Source: Azolla caroliniana
Lineage: Eukaryota; Plantae; Polypodiophyta
Direction of reading: 5' to 3'
DNA length: 64,000 nucleotides
NCBI GenBank assembly: GCA_043228905.1
Contig: JBHGNT010000014.1
Coordinates: forward strand, 15,500,001 to 15,564,000
The position numbers and the translations under genes were made by a program. Shown in pieces: positions 11,866 to 22,598 of this stretch; position 1 is the first letter of the stretch; each line of letters begins with the position of its first letter. Below the pieces are notes generated by a model. The model did not search any database. It saw only the letters and a program-made list of their open reading frames with translations, and was not told where the DNA came from.

Positions 11866-12260
11866 GTATTGAAAAGATTCATCTTGCGATCAAGGATTGT
11901 AAAGTTGGTAAAATATTATATTTTTAATATACATCATGTTTATATCATATACTCTTGTTCTTTGAATCATACTTTGTCTCAATCTTCTTTCTAGAATCAT
12001 ACTTTGTCTCAATCTTCTTTCTAGAATCATACTTTGTCTCAATCTTCTTTCTTGAATCATATATTGTCTCTATCTTCTATCTATTCTCGTCTCGTCTCTC
12101 TCTCTCTCACACACACACATTACTCGTAACTCTTCTTCTTACTATCCTTAACCATTCTATCATCACCATACAAGCCTTATTAAAAGTTAAGTTCCTTCAA
12201 CTCCCCTTAACCTTAGTCCCCGCGACTTCGCCGCACGAACCACAACTACCCCGACACATT

Positions 12261-12273
12261 TGGTGAACCCGAC
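12261..12273 (+). other. Primer-binding site (tRNA-Trp) after LTR-A; also at 19415 and 26569
   Basis: TGGTGAACCCGAC is complementary to the plant cytosolic tRNA-Trp 3' end (...GUCGGGUUCACCA, recalled from memory). Confidence 0.8.
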
Positions 12274-12287
12274 TTGAAAAAAACAAG

Positions 12288-14156
12288 GTGGTAACGGGGG
12301 CATCACGAATGATGGATGTGATCTTGGATGCACACGACTTAGAGGAGTCGATAAGAATAGAAGGTGGTCCGAGGCTCATGATGCTTCCATTTTTAAGGAA
12401 GGCCGTCGAAATGATGTTTCATGATGATAAGGATAGAGCAGTGGAGTATCTCAAGTTGGCAAGGCAAATCGAAAGACTATATCCAAAAATTCCGGATTGG
12501 TACAAAGCGGTTCTGACGTCAAGATTTGAGCAACAACCTTTTCATGGTTTACTCAACGGTGACGATGATGAAGATGATCTAGATCGGCATAGCTGCGGTC
12601 GTGAAGAGACATGTGACGAAGAACAAGGCTTTGAAGAGAGATATCCAGATCAACATGCCTATGGTCATTACGAGGATTGTTGCAAACTCGACAAAGGAGA
12701 AACATGTGACGAAGAACGCGATCTTGAAGGGAGAGGTTATGGTTGTCATCATAAAGATCATTGCGCACTTAAGAGAAGAGAGAGATGCACTGAAGAAGGA
12801 TGTGATCGTGAAGAGACATGTGATGAAGAACATGGGCTCATGAGGGAAGATCGAGAAGGATGCGATCATAAAGACACAAGCAATGGAGAACATCGGTTCG
12901 AGGGGAATGACAAAGATACTCAAGAATGCAATCGTGAAAAGACATTTGACAAAGAACGTGGGCTTGAGGAGACAGATCAAGATCTACATGGTCATGACAA
13001 AGACAAAGATCATTACAAACTCACAAAGAGTGCTCGAGATCTACAAGGTTATGATCATGTCAAAGATTATTGTAAACACAAGAGGATAAATCAAGGTCGA
13101 GCTCTTCATGGTTGTGCTAATGAAAAAGCACTCGATGAAAGTCGTGATGGTGAGAGTAGTTGGGATCAAGAATCTCATGGTCTAAATTTTGATGACAAGT
13201 ATGATAGGTTTAATGAGAGCCATGAACAAGAGAAGAAGTTAGGAAGAGACGAAAACTTTACATTTAAACATAATGATGGTGATGATAATAATGATACGCA
13301 TGATTTAGGGCTTGAGGATAGTAAGGGAGAGTGTATTATTGATGGTGAGAGTGAGTGCCATGAGAAGAATGAGGGTTATGATAAAAAGTTATGCAGTTTT
13401 TGTGGATATGGTTATGCTAAGGGTAATGATGAGGGTGAGAGTGACGAAAAGGATTTTTGTGTTTTAGGTTGCGTTGGTTTTCTTCGTGATAGATTTTTCA
13501 CTAAATCAAATGGTGACATTCATGAGGACATCCATTATGAAAATGGAATAGGGTTTTGCGATGATGAGGATGTTCTACAAAAATATGTCCATGATAATGT
13601 GGGGTTACATAATGATCACAAGGGTATAAGTAAGGAAAATCTAGAAAATGCAATGATGGTTTGGGATGTGTTTAATGATGATGTTGGTGTTGTGAGTATG
13701 TTCAAGAAGGATGAGTTTAGGGTAAATGAGATTGAATATGACGGTTATCTCGTGATAAATGATTTGATGATTAAAGATGTAGTTAACTCCAAGGATGATT
13801 ATAATGATGATGTAAGTATAATTAACATTGAGATTGGTATCAAAGAAGATGATATGATGTTAAAATGGATGGTTATTACTTATAAAGAAGAAAGGAAAGA
13901 AGTGATTATAAGGACTACCCAAGGGAAGGAAGGGAAAGATGCATCAAGATGGTGGGATGTTCAATTAAACATAGGAGGTTGTATTGCCAACATTTCCATT
14001 GCCCATCTCAAAGAAAAAGATTGGCTAATTAGAAGAAGCACCCGGTTTTTAGATTCGTTTCGACAAGACATATCGACAACACCCCAAGAAGATCAAAGAA
14101 GAAGGTTGGGTATTGGTCTACAACAAGAAGGTGGTTCGGATCATATGTGGAGCTAG
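12288..14156 (+). CDS. Unknown acidic, Cys/His-rich repeat protein (622 aa from GTG; 615 aa from ATG 12309), copy 1
   Basis: 1.87-kb open frame starting just after the PBS; repeated CxREETCDEExG-like motif; no gag zinc knuckle or protease motif recognised. Confidence 0.6.
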   Translation: MVTGASRMMDVILDAHDLEESIRIEGGPRLMMLPFLRKAVEMMFHDDKDRAVEYLKLARQIERLYPKIPDWYKAVLTSRFEQQPFHGLLNGDDDEDDLDRHSCGREETCDEEQGFEERYPDQHAYGHYEDCCKLDKGETCDEERDLEGRGYGCHHKDHCALKRRERCTEEGCDREETCDEEHGLMREDREGCDHKDTSNGEHRFEGNDKDTQECNREKTFDKERGLEETDQDLHGHDKDKDHYKLTKSARDLQGYDHVKDYCKHKRINQGRALHGCANEKALDESRDGESSWDQESHGLNFDDKYDRFNESHEQEKKLGRDENFTFKHNDGDDNNDTHDLGLEDSKGECIIDGESECHEKNEGYDKKLCSFCGYGYAKGNDEGESDEKDFCVLGCVGFLRDRFFTKSNGDIHEDIHYENGIGFCDDEDVLQKYVHDNVGLHNDHKGISKENLENAMMVWDVFNDDVGVVSMFKKDEFRVNEIEYDGYLVINDLMIKDVVNSKDDYNDDVSIINIEIGIKEDDMMLKWMVITYKEERKEVIIRTTQGKEGKDASRWWDVQLNIGGCIANISIAHLKEKDWLIRRSTRFLDSFRQDISTTPQEDQRRRLGIGLQQEGGSDHMWS

Positions 14157-14384
14157 ACAGATCAAGGTTGGCCAAACCCATTACGGGGAAAAGAGTAAAA
14201 GACCTTCAAGAAAAAACAAGGCGAGGGTTCCCGAACTCGATGATCTCAACAATGAAGATAGTAAGGCGTAACCCACAAACATGAGCGAGGTCAACGAGGA
14301 CATGGAGGAATCTCACACCGTGGCCGAAATCTCACATTCTCTTCTTAGCACGTACTAGAGGACATGCGGTTTGGTGGGGGTGGA

Positions 14385-14499
14385 TGTTGTGAAGATTTTC
14401 GGCAACGGTGTGAAAATCCCATGGAACGAGGAAAATCGAGAAGGTGCAATATGCACATGTATGAAAGGGGTGATGGTTAATGTGCACATGTAATGTGTG

Positions 14500-14548
<49 letters not shown>

Positions 14549-15360
14549 ATAAGCCTAACACGTACAATGAGGTGTAAATAAGGGTTTTGAACCTTACACC
14601 TTCAAGATAGGAGGCAATAGACATACCATTAGACTAGGTTATTTCATTTGATAGTTATTTTTTTTCATTATACATTTCACACGAAACTGCTCGTACATGA
14701 GAGCTTAGATAAGGTACATAGTCATCATGCATCACATGTGATGCATGAGCGCCAAATGGCGATCATGCATCGCATGCATTTTATGCATGTATGCATGTAC
14801 TACACCCTCACATGCACATATGCATGGGGGCATCTATATAAGAAGGAGAGGAAGAGAAAAAAAGGGATCGATCTATCGATTAAGAAAGTTATGTATCAAA
14901 TAAAAAATTAACAATTATAATAAAAAACCTAGTTAATCTTATTAATCTTAACAATTATGTCTTGTCTCTCGAAATTGAAGTCAAGGGTTCAAACCCGAAA
15001 TTGGAATTCAACTCTATCTATCTATCTATCTTAAACACTTCCTCAATTTTCGTTTCTCTCTCTCTCTCACTCTCAACCACATTAATGCGTCACTTCAGTT
15101 GCCTATACGTCAATCCATCGCGCCGTTGAGTCTGGTTCGGGTGCTTCTTCGACAACAAAGGACGACCAAACGATAAGCACAACTCACCCGATTCGTTCTT
15201 GCCAGTCAAAGACCTCGGTCGTCCCGTTCGACCGACCTGTAGGTGCCAAAATCCCATCATCAATCCTCCATAACCACTAGCGGATAAAGGCCCGGTGCTT
15301 GTCCGCACTTGTGACGTGCACATCCCGACGTTTGGCACGTGTGTCACGCGCCACACGACA
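14385..15360 (+). repeat. LTR-B copy 1 (976 bp)
   Basis: Preceded by PPT GGTGGGGGTGGA (14373-14384); TGTTGTG...CACGACA termini; (CA)n tract; TATA at 14835; PBS follows. Confidence 0.88.
14580..14640 (-). promoter_or_regulatory. tRNA-derived A/B-box module in LTR-B (a second, sense B box lies at 14986-14996)
   Basis: Minus strand TAGTCTAATGGTATG...AAGGTTCAAAACCC; plus strand GGTTCAAACCC downstream of TATA. Confidence 0.55.
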
Positions 15361-15366
15361 TCTATT

Positions 15367-15381
15367 TGGTGAACCCGACGT
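15367..15381 (+). other. Primer-binding site (tRNA-Trp) after LTR-B; also at 22521
   Basis: TGGTGAACCCGACGT, 15-nt match to the tRNA-Trp 3' end. Confidence 0.82.
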
Positions 15382-15444
15382 CCTATTGCTTCTCCACTTC
15401 CAGGGGATAGTGAAAAGGCAATCAAAGAAGCAGCCACAGAGCCA

Positions 15445-18405
15445 ATGATCAGAGACCCACGAAAGGTAGGACATGTGTTTACTCCGGAAACAATACAAGG
15501 GATGAAAATAGGAGGGGGTGACTTCCTATTACCCGCTGAAGAAAAGCAGTTCAGGGAGATGTTAAAAAGGCATGGAAAGGCGTTCGCATTCCAACCGGAG
15601 GAAATAGGGTGTGTGGATCCAGAAATTGTGGAGCCCATGGTTATATTCACTATCCCTCATATTCCATGGAACTTTAAGCCAATACCCATGCCTAGGGCTA
15701 GAATCCCTCAACTACTAGAACTTTTGAAAGAAAAGATAAGGATGGGTATCTTGGAACCATCGAACGCTCCTTACTCGAGTCGATGGTTCACTGTGTTAAA
15801 GAAAGATGGGCGACTCCGATTTATCCAAGATATGCAACCCGTGAATAAGGTAACAATCCGAAACTCGGGAGTAGGGCCAATTGTGGATGAGTTTGCTGAG
15901 ATGTTTGCAGGAAGAGCTATATATTCAATGGGAGACCTTTATTCCGGGTATGATCAATTTCAACTTGCTATCAAAAGTCGAGATATAACTTCTATCAAGA
16001 CACCTATAGGGTTAGTACGGATGTGCACCTTGCCGCAAGGAGCGACCAACTCAGTGGCGCATATGATGAATGGAATGAACAAGGTACTTCGTGATTTTAT
16101 TCCTCATATTACAATGCCTTTTCTAGATGATGTTCCAATTAAGGGATGCAAGGAGGAAGAGAAGAACGAGGAATTGGACGAAAGTGGTTGCCGTCAATTC
16201 GTTGCTGATCATATCAAGGATTGTGAGAAGGTGCTATCAAGGATGGAAGAAGTGCATTTGACCTTATCAGGGGCGAAGTCAATATTTGGGGCAAAAGAGA
16301 TATTAATAGTTGGTCATATGTGTGGCCCGTATGGGAGAAAGCCATCCCCAACCAAGGTCAATGCAATTCAAAATATGCAAGAGGAATGTACATCCATCTC
16401 AGAAGTACGAAGGTTTCTGGGGGTATGTGTTTTTTACTGTAAATGGATTCCGCATTATGCCCATTTATCTGAACCTTTATATAGACTCCTAAGAAAAGGA
16501 GAGACATTTGAATGGAGTGAAGAGCATTCAGAGGCAATGAAGAAATTGAAGTACTACTTGGCACAAGCTCCACCATTAAAGCAACCAGACTACACCCGGC
16601 CCATATATCTCACAGTAGACTCTAGTCCCATTGGAATTGGATGGGTGATAAGCCAACAAGATAGGGAAGAAAGGTATCCAGTCCGATTCGGGGCAAAGGT
16701 TCTTAGTGGTCGGCAAAGAAAATATGCACAGGTGAAAAGAGAGCTATGGGGGATAGTAACAGCTGTAAAGACAGACAGAGATTACTTAATTGGTGCTGAA
16801 GTAATAATAGAAACAGATTGTTTGCCTATTCTGGGTATCATAGCTAATTGTGATATTCCAGATCAAGCCATGTTAAGATGGTGTATCTATATTAGATCAA
16901 TCAACCCTGAAGTTCGACATATCTCTGGGAATAGAAATGCAGTAGCAGATATGTTATCAAGAGCAAGGTATGAGGAAGAGGAGATTCCAGACTCGGACGA
17001 TGAGGACAAAGAACAAACAGTCCTTACCACAAGCATTACTCAGGAAGGAGGAATGCAGTTTCTAGAAGAGGAGTATGAAGAAGAATTCAAGGAAATAGGG
17101 AAATACCTACAAACCCCTGACAAGTACAAAGGTCGATCTGGAAAAGAGTTCGCACAGTTTCGCAAGAAAGCCCATAAGTTCTTCCTGCATGAAGGATATC
17201 TATGGCGACATCCGAAAACCAAGACTGGAAACCCGCAAAGAGTAATAGGTTCTGAAGGGCAAAGAAAGGAGATAATCAAAGAGCTGCATGACAAAGAATG
17301 GGCTGGTCATCGAGGAGTGTGGGCCACTTTCAATAAGATTAAAGAACGATTTTGGTGGCCTCGATACTATGAGCAAATAAAAAAGTATGTGGAAACTTGT
17401 CCCACTTGTCAATATTATTCAAATGTAAAATTTTGTGATGAATTACACCCAACATACTCACCGGGGGTGCATTACAAGTGGATGATAGATTTGGTAACAA
17501 TGCCACTTGGAGTAGGACAAAAGAGATACTTGGTTCTTGCTAGAGAAGATCTAACAAATCAAGTGGAAGGTCGTTCATTGAGAACAAAAGGGACATTAGG
17601 AGTATGTCAATTCATCTTGGAGGACATTGTTTGTAGATATGGATGTATCGGGAAGATAGTGGCAGATAGGGGAGAACTCAATTCTGCGGAAGCTCAAGAT
17701 TTTTTCGACAAAATAGGAATTCGGCTTTCTTTGACAACGGCGTACAATCCAGAAGCTAATGGAAAGGTAGAAAGGGGACATGGGCCAATAGTCAAAGCTT
17801 TGGCAAAAGCATGTAGAGGACGGGTTAGTGATTGGCCAAAAACCTTACCCTATGCACTATGGGCTGATAGGACAACTCACAGCACTGTTACTGGATATAT
17901 GCCTGCAGAATTAATCACAGGACAGAAGCCAATAATGCCAATTGAAGAAAAGATAGCTACATGGGCTGTGTTGCCTTGGGAATCGGAAATGAGTAGGGAA
18001 GATTTACTTGCGGTTCGAATCCGACAACTTCAATCAAGGATAGAAGACATAGAAAAAGCAGCTACTAGATTGAAAGAGGCAAGAATCAAGAATAAGGACA
18101 GATTTGACAAGATGAAAAGAATACGACCAAGAAAGGTGCAAGAGGGAGATTGGGTATTAGTATATGATAATAGCCTAGATAATCAATACAGTACTATTCA
18201 AAAGTTTGCAAAAAGATGGTTTGGACCTTATGAAGTTAGGAAAATAACAGATAAAGCCACATATTTCCTCAATGAATTAGATGGGACAGAAATTCGTATC
18301 CCAATTGCAGGAAAAAGGATTAAAATATTTAAAAGGAGGGAGTCATTAGAGCCTGAATTTTATGAAGAAGTAGAAGAACTAAAAATCGGAAGAAGTGTTG
18401 GATGA
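15445..18405 (+). CDS. pol: Gypsy pol (RT-RNase H-integrase), intact, lacking gag and protease; non-chromovirus, Phygy-like; copy 1
   Basis: DLYSGYDQ, LPQGATNS, FLDD (RT); TVDSS, KRELWG, ETDC, NAVADMLSR (RH); H..H..CPTC and MIDL/ADRGE/KVER (IN); WFGPY; no chromodomain. Confidence 0.95.
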   Translation: MIRDPRKVGHVFTPETIQGMKIGGGDFLLPAEEKQFREMLKRHGKAFAFQPEEIGCVDPEIVEPMVIFTIPHIPWNFKPIPMPRARIPQLLELLKEKIRMGILEPSNAPYSSRWFTVLKKDGRLRFIQDMQPVNKVTIRNSGVGPIVDEFAEMFAGRAIYSMGDLYSGYDQFQLAIKSRDITSIKTPIGLVRMCTLPQGATNSVAHMMNGMNKVLRDFIPHITMPFLDDVPIKGCKEEEKNEELDESGCRQFVADHIKDCEKVLSRMEEVHLTLSGAKSIFGAKEILIVGHMCGPYGRKPSPTKVNAIQNMQEECTSISEVRRFLGVCVFYCKWIPHYAHLSEPLYRLLRKGETFEWSEEHSEAMKKLKYYLAQAPPLKQPDYTRPIYLTVDSSPIGIGWVISQQDREERYPVRFGAKVLSGRQRKYAQVKRELWGIVTAVKTDRDYLIGAEVIIETDCLPILGIIANCDIPDQAMLRWCIYIRSINPEVRHISGNRNAVADMLSRARYEEEEIPDSDDEDKEQTVLTTSITQEGGMQFLEEEYEEEFKEIGKYLQTPDKYKGRSGKEFAQFRKKAHKFFLHEGYLWRHPKTKTGNPQRVIGSEGQRKEIIKELHDKEWAGHRGVWATFNKIKERFWWPRYYEQIKKYVETCPTCQYYSNVKFCDELHPTYSPGVHYKWMIDLVTMPLGVGQKRYLVLAREDLTNQVEGRSLRTKGTLGVCQFILEDIVCRYGCIGKIVADRGELNSAEAQDFFDKIGIRLSLTTAYNPEANGKVERGHGPIVKALAKACRGRVSDWPKTLPYALWADRTTHSTVTGYMPAELITGQKPIMPIEEKIATWAVLPWESEMSREDLLAVRIRQLQSRIEDIEKAATRLKEARIKNKDRFDKMKRIRPRKVQEGDWVLVYDNSLDNQYSTIQKFAKRWFGPYEVRKITDKATYFLNELDGTEIRIPIAGKRIKIFKRRESLEPEFYEEVEELKIGRSVG

Positions 18406-18443
18406 ACTCTGCACAACCAATGTGCAAGTTCAGAGGGGGTGGG

Positions 18444-19410
18444 TGTCGTGAAGAATGTGCTTCACGATATAAAAATGAGCTTAAATGTTGTATTTAATAA
18501 TATTTGAGAGACTTGAACCCACATCCTTATATACGATGTACAATGTACATACCACTAGGCTAGGCTATTTATTTGTAAAAGTGTGTAATAAATGTGCTTC
18601 ATGATATAAGAATGAAGCTATATATTGTATTAAGTAAAATTGAGGGACTTGAACCCTCAACCTTGTATACCAAGCACCAAGCATACACCACTAAGCTAGG
18701 TTAGTTATTTTAGAATGCATTTTCATCATTATACTTATCCCATACTATTTTCATACATACCCATCATTCATCACATGCAATGCATGTGCGCCAAATGGCG
18801 ATCATGCATTACATGTAACTCATGCATTGCATGCATGCCATGCTCCCATACATTACCATATGCATGGCAACACTTATATAAGGAGGGGAAAGGGAAAACA
18901 AGGGAAGGAATCAAGAGAGAGTGAGAAAATAATACAATCAATTGAAGAAGACTAGCTCATTGGGTGGGTGGAGAACCTCTCGTTTCGAAGTTGAGGTCGA
19001 GGGTTCAAATCAAGGGTCGGTATTGAAAAGATTCATCTTGCGATCAAGGATTGTAAAGTTGGTAAAATATTATATTTTTAATATACATCATGTTTATATC
19101 ATATACTCTTGTTCTTTGAATCATACTTTGTCTCAATCTTCTTTCTAGAATCATACTTTGTCTCAATCTTCTTTCTAGAATCATACTTTGTCTCAATCTT
19201 CTTTCTTGAATCATATATTGTCTCTATCTTCTATCTATTCTCGTCTCGTCTCTCTCTCTCTCACACACACACATTACTCGTAACTCTTCTTCTTACTATC
19301 CTTAACCATTCTATCATCACCATACAAGCCTTATTAAAAGTTAAGTTCCTTCAACTCCCCTTAACCTTAGTCCCCGCGACTTCGCCGCACGAACCACAAC
19401 TACCCCGACA
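18444..19410 (+). repeat. LTR-A copy 2
   Basis: Repeat of 11290-12256 at +7154, preceded by PPT. Confidence 0.9.
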
Positions 19411-19441
19411 CATTTGGTGAACCCGACTTGAAAAAAACAAG

Positions 19442-21310
19442 GTGGTAACGGGGGCATCACGAATGATGGATGTGATCTTGGATGCACACGACTTAGAGGA
19501 GTCGATAAGAATAGAAGGTGGTCCGAGGCTCATGATGCTTCCATTTTTAAGGAAGGCCGTCGAAATGATGTTTCATGATGATAAGGATAGAGCAGTGGAG
19601 TATCTCAAGTTGGCAAGGCAAATCGAAAGACTATATCCAAAAATTCCGGATTGGTACAAAGCGGTTCTGACGTCAAGATTTGAGCAACAACCTTTTCATG
19701 GTTTACTCAACGGTGACGATGATGAAGATGATCTAGATCGGCATAGCTGCGGTCGTGAAGAGACATGTGACGAAGAACAAGGCTTTGAAGAGAGATATCC
19801 AGATCAACATGCCTATGGTCATTACGAGGATTGTTGCAAACTCGACAAAGGAGAAACATGTGACGAAGAACGCGATCTTGAAGGGAGAGGTTATGGTTGT
19901 CATCATAAAGATCATTGCGCACTTAAGAGAAGAGAGAGATGCACTGAAGAAGGATGTGATCGTGAAGAGACATGTGATGAAGAACATGGGCTCATGAGGG
20001 AAGATCGAGAAGGATGCGATCATAAAGACACAAGCAATGGAGAACATCGGTTCGAGGGGAATGACAAAGATACTCAAGAATGCAATCGTGAAAAGACATT
20101 TGACAAAGAACGTGGGCTTGAGGAGACAGATCAAGATCTACATGGTCATGACAAAGACAAAGATCATTACAAACTCACAAAGAGTGCTCGAGATCTACAA
20201 GGTTATGATCATGTCAAAGATTATTGTAAACACAAGAGGATAAATCAAGGTCGAGCTCTTCATGGTTGTGCTAATGAAAAAGCACTCGATGAAAGTCGTG
20301 ATGGTGAGAGTAGTTGGGATCAAGAATCTCATGGTCTAAATTTTGATGACAAGTATGATAGGTTTAATGAGAGCCATGAACAAGAGAAGAAGTTAGGAAG
20401 AGACGAAAACTTTACATTTAAACATAATGATGGTGATGATAATAATGATACGCATGATTTAGGGCTTGAGGATAGTAAGGGAGAGTGTATTATTGATGGT
20501 GAGAGTGAGTGCCATGAGAAGAATGAGGGTTATGATAAAAAGTTATGCAGTTTTTGTGGATATGGTTATGCTAAGGGTAATGATGAGGGTGAGAGTGACG
20601 AAAAGGATTTTTGTGTTTTAGGTTGCGTTGGTTTTCTTCGTGATAGATTTTTCACTAAATCAAATGGTGACATTCATGAGGACATCCATTATGAAAATGG
20701 AATAGGGTTTTGCGATGATGAGGATGTTCTACAAAAATATGTCCATGATAATGTGGGGTTACATAATGATCACAAGGGTATAAGTAAGGAAAATCTAGAA
20801 AATGCAATGATGGTTTGGGATGTGTTTAATGATGATGTTGGTGTTGTGAGTATGTTCAAGAAGGATGAGTTTAGGGTAAATGAGATTGAATATGACGGTT
20901 ATCTCGTGATAAATGATTTGATGATTAAAGATGTAGTTAACTCCAAGGATGATTATAATGATGATGTAAGTATAATTAACATTGAGATTGGTATCAAAGA
21001 AGATGATATGATGTTAAAATGGATGGTTATTACTTATAAAGAAGAAAGGAAAGAAGTGATTATAAGGACTACCCAAGGGAAGGAAGGGAAAGATGCATCA
21101 AGATGGTGGGATGTTCAATTAAACATAGGAGGTTGTATTGCCAACATTTCCATTGCCCATCTCAAAGAAAAAGATTGGCTAATTAGAAGAAGCACCCGGT
21201 TTTTAGATTCGTTTCGACAAGACATATCGACAACACCCCAAGAAGATCAAAGAAGAAGGTTGGGTATTGGTCTACAACAAGAAGGTGGTTCGGATCATAT
21301 GTGGAGCTAG
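19442..21310 (+). CDS. Unknown acidic Cys/His-repeat protein, copy 2
   Basis: Translation identical to 12288-14156. Confidence 0.6.
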   Translation: MVTGASRMMDVILDAHDLEESIRIEGGPRLMMLPFLRKAVEMMFHDDKDRAVEYLKLARQIERLYPKIPDWYKAVLTSRFEQQPFHGLLNGDDDEDDLDRHSCGREETCDEEQGFEERYPDQHAYGHYEDCCKLDKGETCDEERDLEGRGYGCHHKDHCALKRRERCTEEGCDREETCDEEHGLMREDREGCDHKDTSNGEHRFEGNDKDTQECNREKTFDKERGLEETDQDLHGHDKDKDHYKLTKSARDLQGYDHVKDYCKHKRINQGRALHGCANEKALDESRDGESSWDQESHGLNFDDKYDRFNESHEQEKKLGRDENFTFKHNDGDDNNDTHDLGLEDSKGECIIDGESECHEKNEGYDKKLCSFCGYGYAKGNDEGESDEKDFCVLGCVGFLRDRFFTKSNGDIHEDIHYENGIGFCDDEDVLQKYVHDNVGLHNDHKGISKENLENAMMVWDVFNDDVGVVSMFKKDEFRVNEIEYDGYLVINDLMIKDVVNSKDDYNDDVSIINIEIGIKEDDMMLKWMVITYKEERKEVIIRTTQGKEGKDASRWWDVQLNIGGCIANISIAHLKEKDWLIRRSTRFLDSFRQDISTTPQEDQRRRLGIGLQQEGGSDHMWS

Positions 21311-21538
21311 ACAGATCAAGGTTGGCCAAACCCATTACGGGGAAAAGAGTAAAAGACCTTCAAGAAAAAACAAGGCGAGGGTTCCCGAACTCGATGATCT
21401 CAACAATGAAGATAGTAAGGCGTAACCCACAAACATGAGCGAGGTCAACGAGGACATGGAGGAATCTCACACCGTGGCCGAAATCTCACATTCTCTTCTT
21501 AGCACGTACTAGAGGACATGCGGTTTGGTGGGGGTGGA

Positions 21539-21653
21539 TGTTGTGAAGATTTTCGGCAACGGTGTGAAAATCCCATGGAACGAGGAAAATCGAGAAGGTG
21601 CAATATGCACATGTATGAAAGGGGTGATGGTTAATGTGCACATGTAATGTGTG

Positions 21654-21702
<49 letters not shown>

Positions 21703-22514
21703 ATAAGCCTAACACGTACAATGAGGTGTAAATAAGGGTTTTGAACCTTACACCTTCAAGATAGGAGGCAATAGACATACCATTAGACTAGGTTATTTCA
21801 TTTGATAGTTATTTTTTTTCATTATACATTTCACACGAAACTGCTCGTACATGAGAGCTTAGATAAGGTACATAGTCATCATGCATCACATGTGATGCAT
21901 GAGCGCCAAATGGCGATCATGCATCGCATGCATTTTATGCATGTATGCATGTACTACACCCTCACATGCACATATGCATGGGGGCATCTATATAAGAAGG
22001 AGAGGAAGAGAAAAAAAGGGATCGATCTATCGATTAAGAAAGTTATGTATCAAATAAAAAATTAACAATTATAATAAAAAACCTAGTTAATCTTATTAAT
22101 CTTAACAATTATGTCTTGTCTCTCGAAATTGAAGTCAAGGGTTCAAACCCGAAATTGGAATTCAACTCTATCTATCTATCTATCTTAAACACTTCCTCAA
22201 TTTTCGTTTCTCTCTCTCTCTCACTCTCAACCACATTAATGCGTCACTTCAGTTGCCTATACGTCAATCCATCGCGCCGTTGAGTCTGGTTCGGGTGCTT
22301 CTTCGACAACAAAGGACGACCAAACGATAAGCACAACTCACCCGATTCGTTCTTGCCAGTCAAAGACCTCGGTCGTCCCGTTCGACCGACCTGTAGGTGC
22401 CAAAATCCCATCATCAATCCTCCATAACCACTAGCGGATAAAGGCCCGGTGCTTGTCCGCACTTGTGACGTGCACATCCCGACGTTTGGCACGTGTGTCA
22501 CGCGCCACACGACA
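21539..22514 (+). repeat. LTR-B copy 2
   Basis: Repeat of 14385-15360 at +7154. Confidence 0.88.
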
Positions 22515-22598
22515 TCTATTTGGTGAACCCGACGTCCTATTGCTTCTCCACTTCCAGGGGATAGTGAAAAGGCAATCAAAGAAGCAGCCACAGAGCCA

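Larger units (their letters stand above)
11290..12256 (+). repeat. LTR-A copy 1 (about 967 bp)
   Basis: TGTCGTG...CCGACA termini, TATA box at 11721, PBS immediately downstream; copies 2 and 3 are preceded by PPT AGAGGGGGTGGG; internal 137-bp duplication and 30-bp repeats (11964-12083). Confidence 0.9.
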
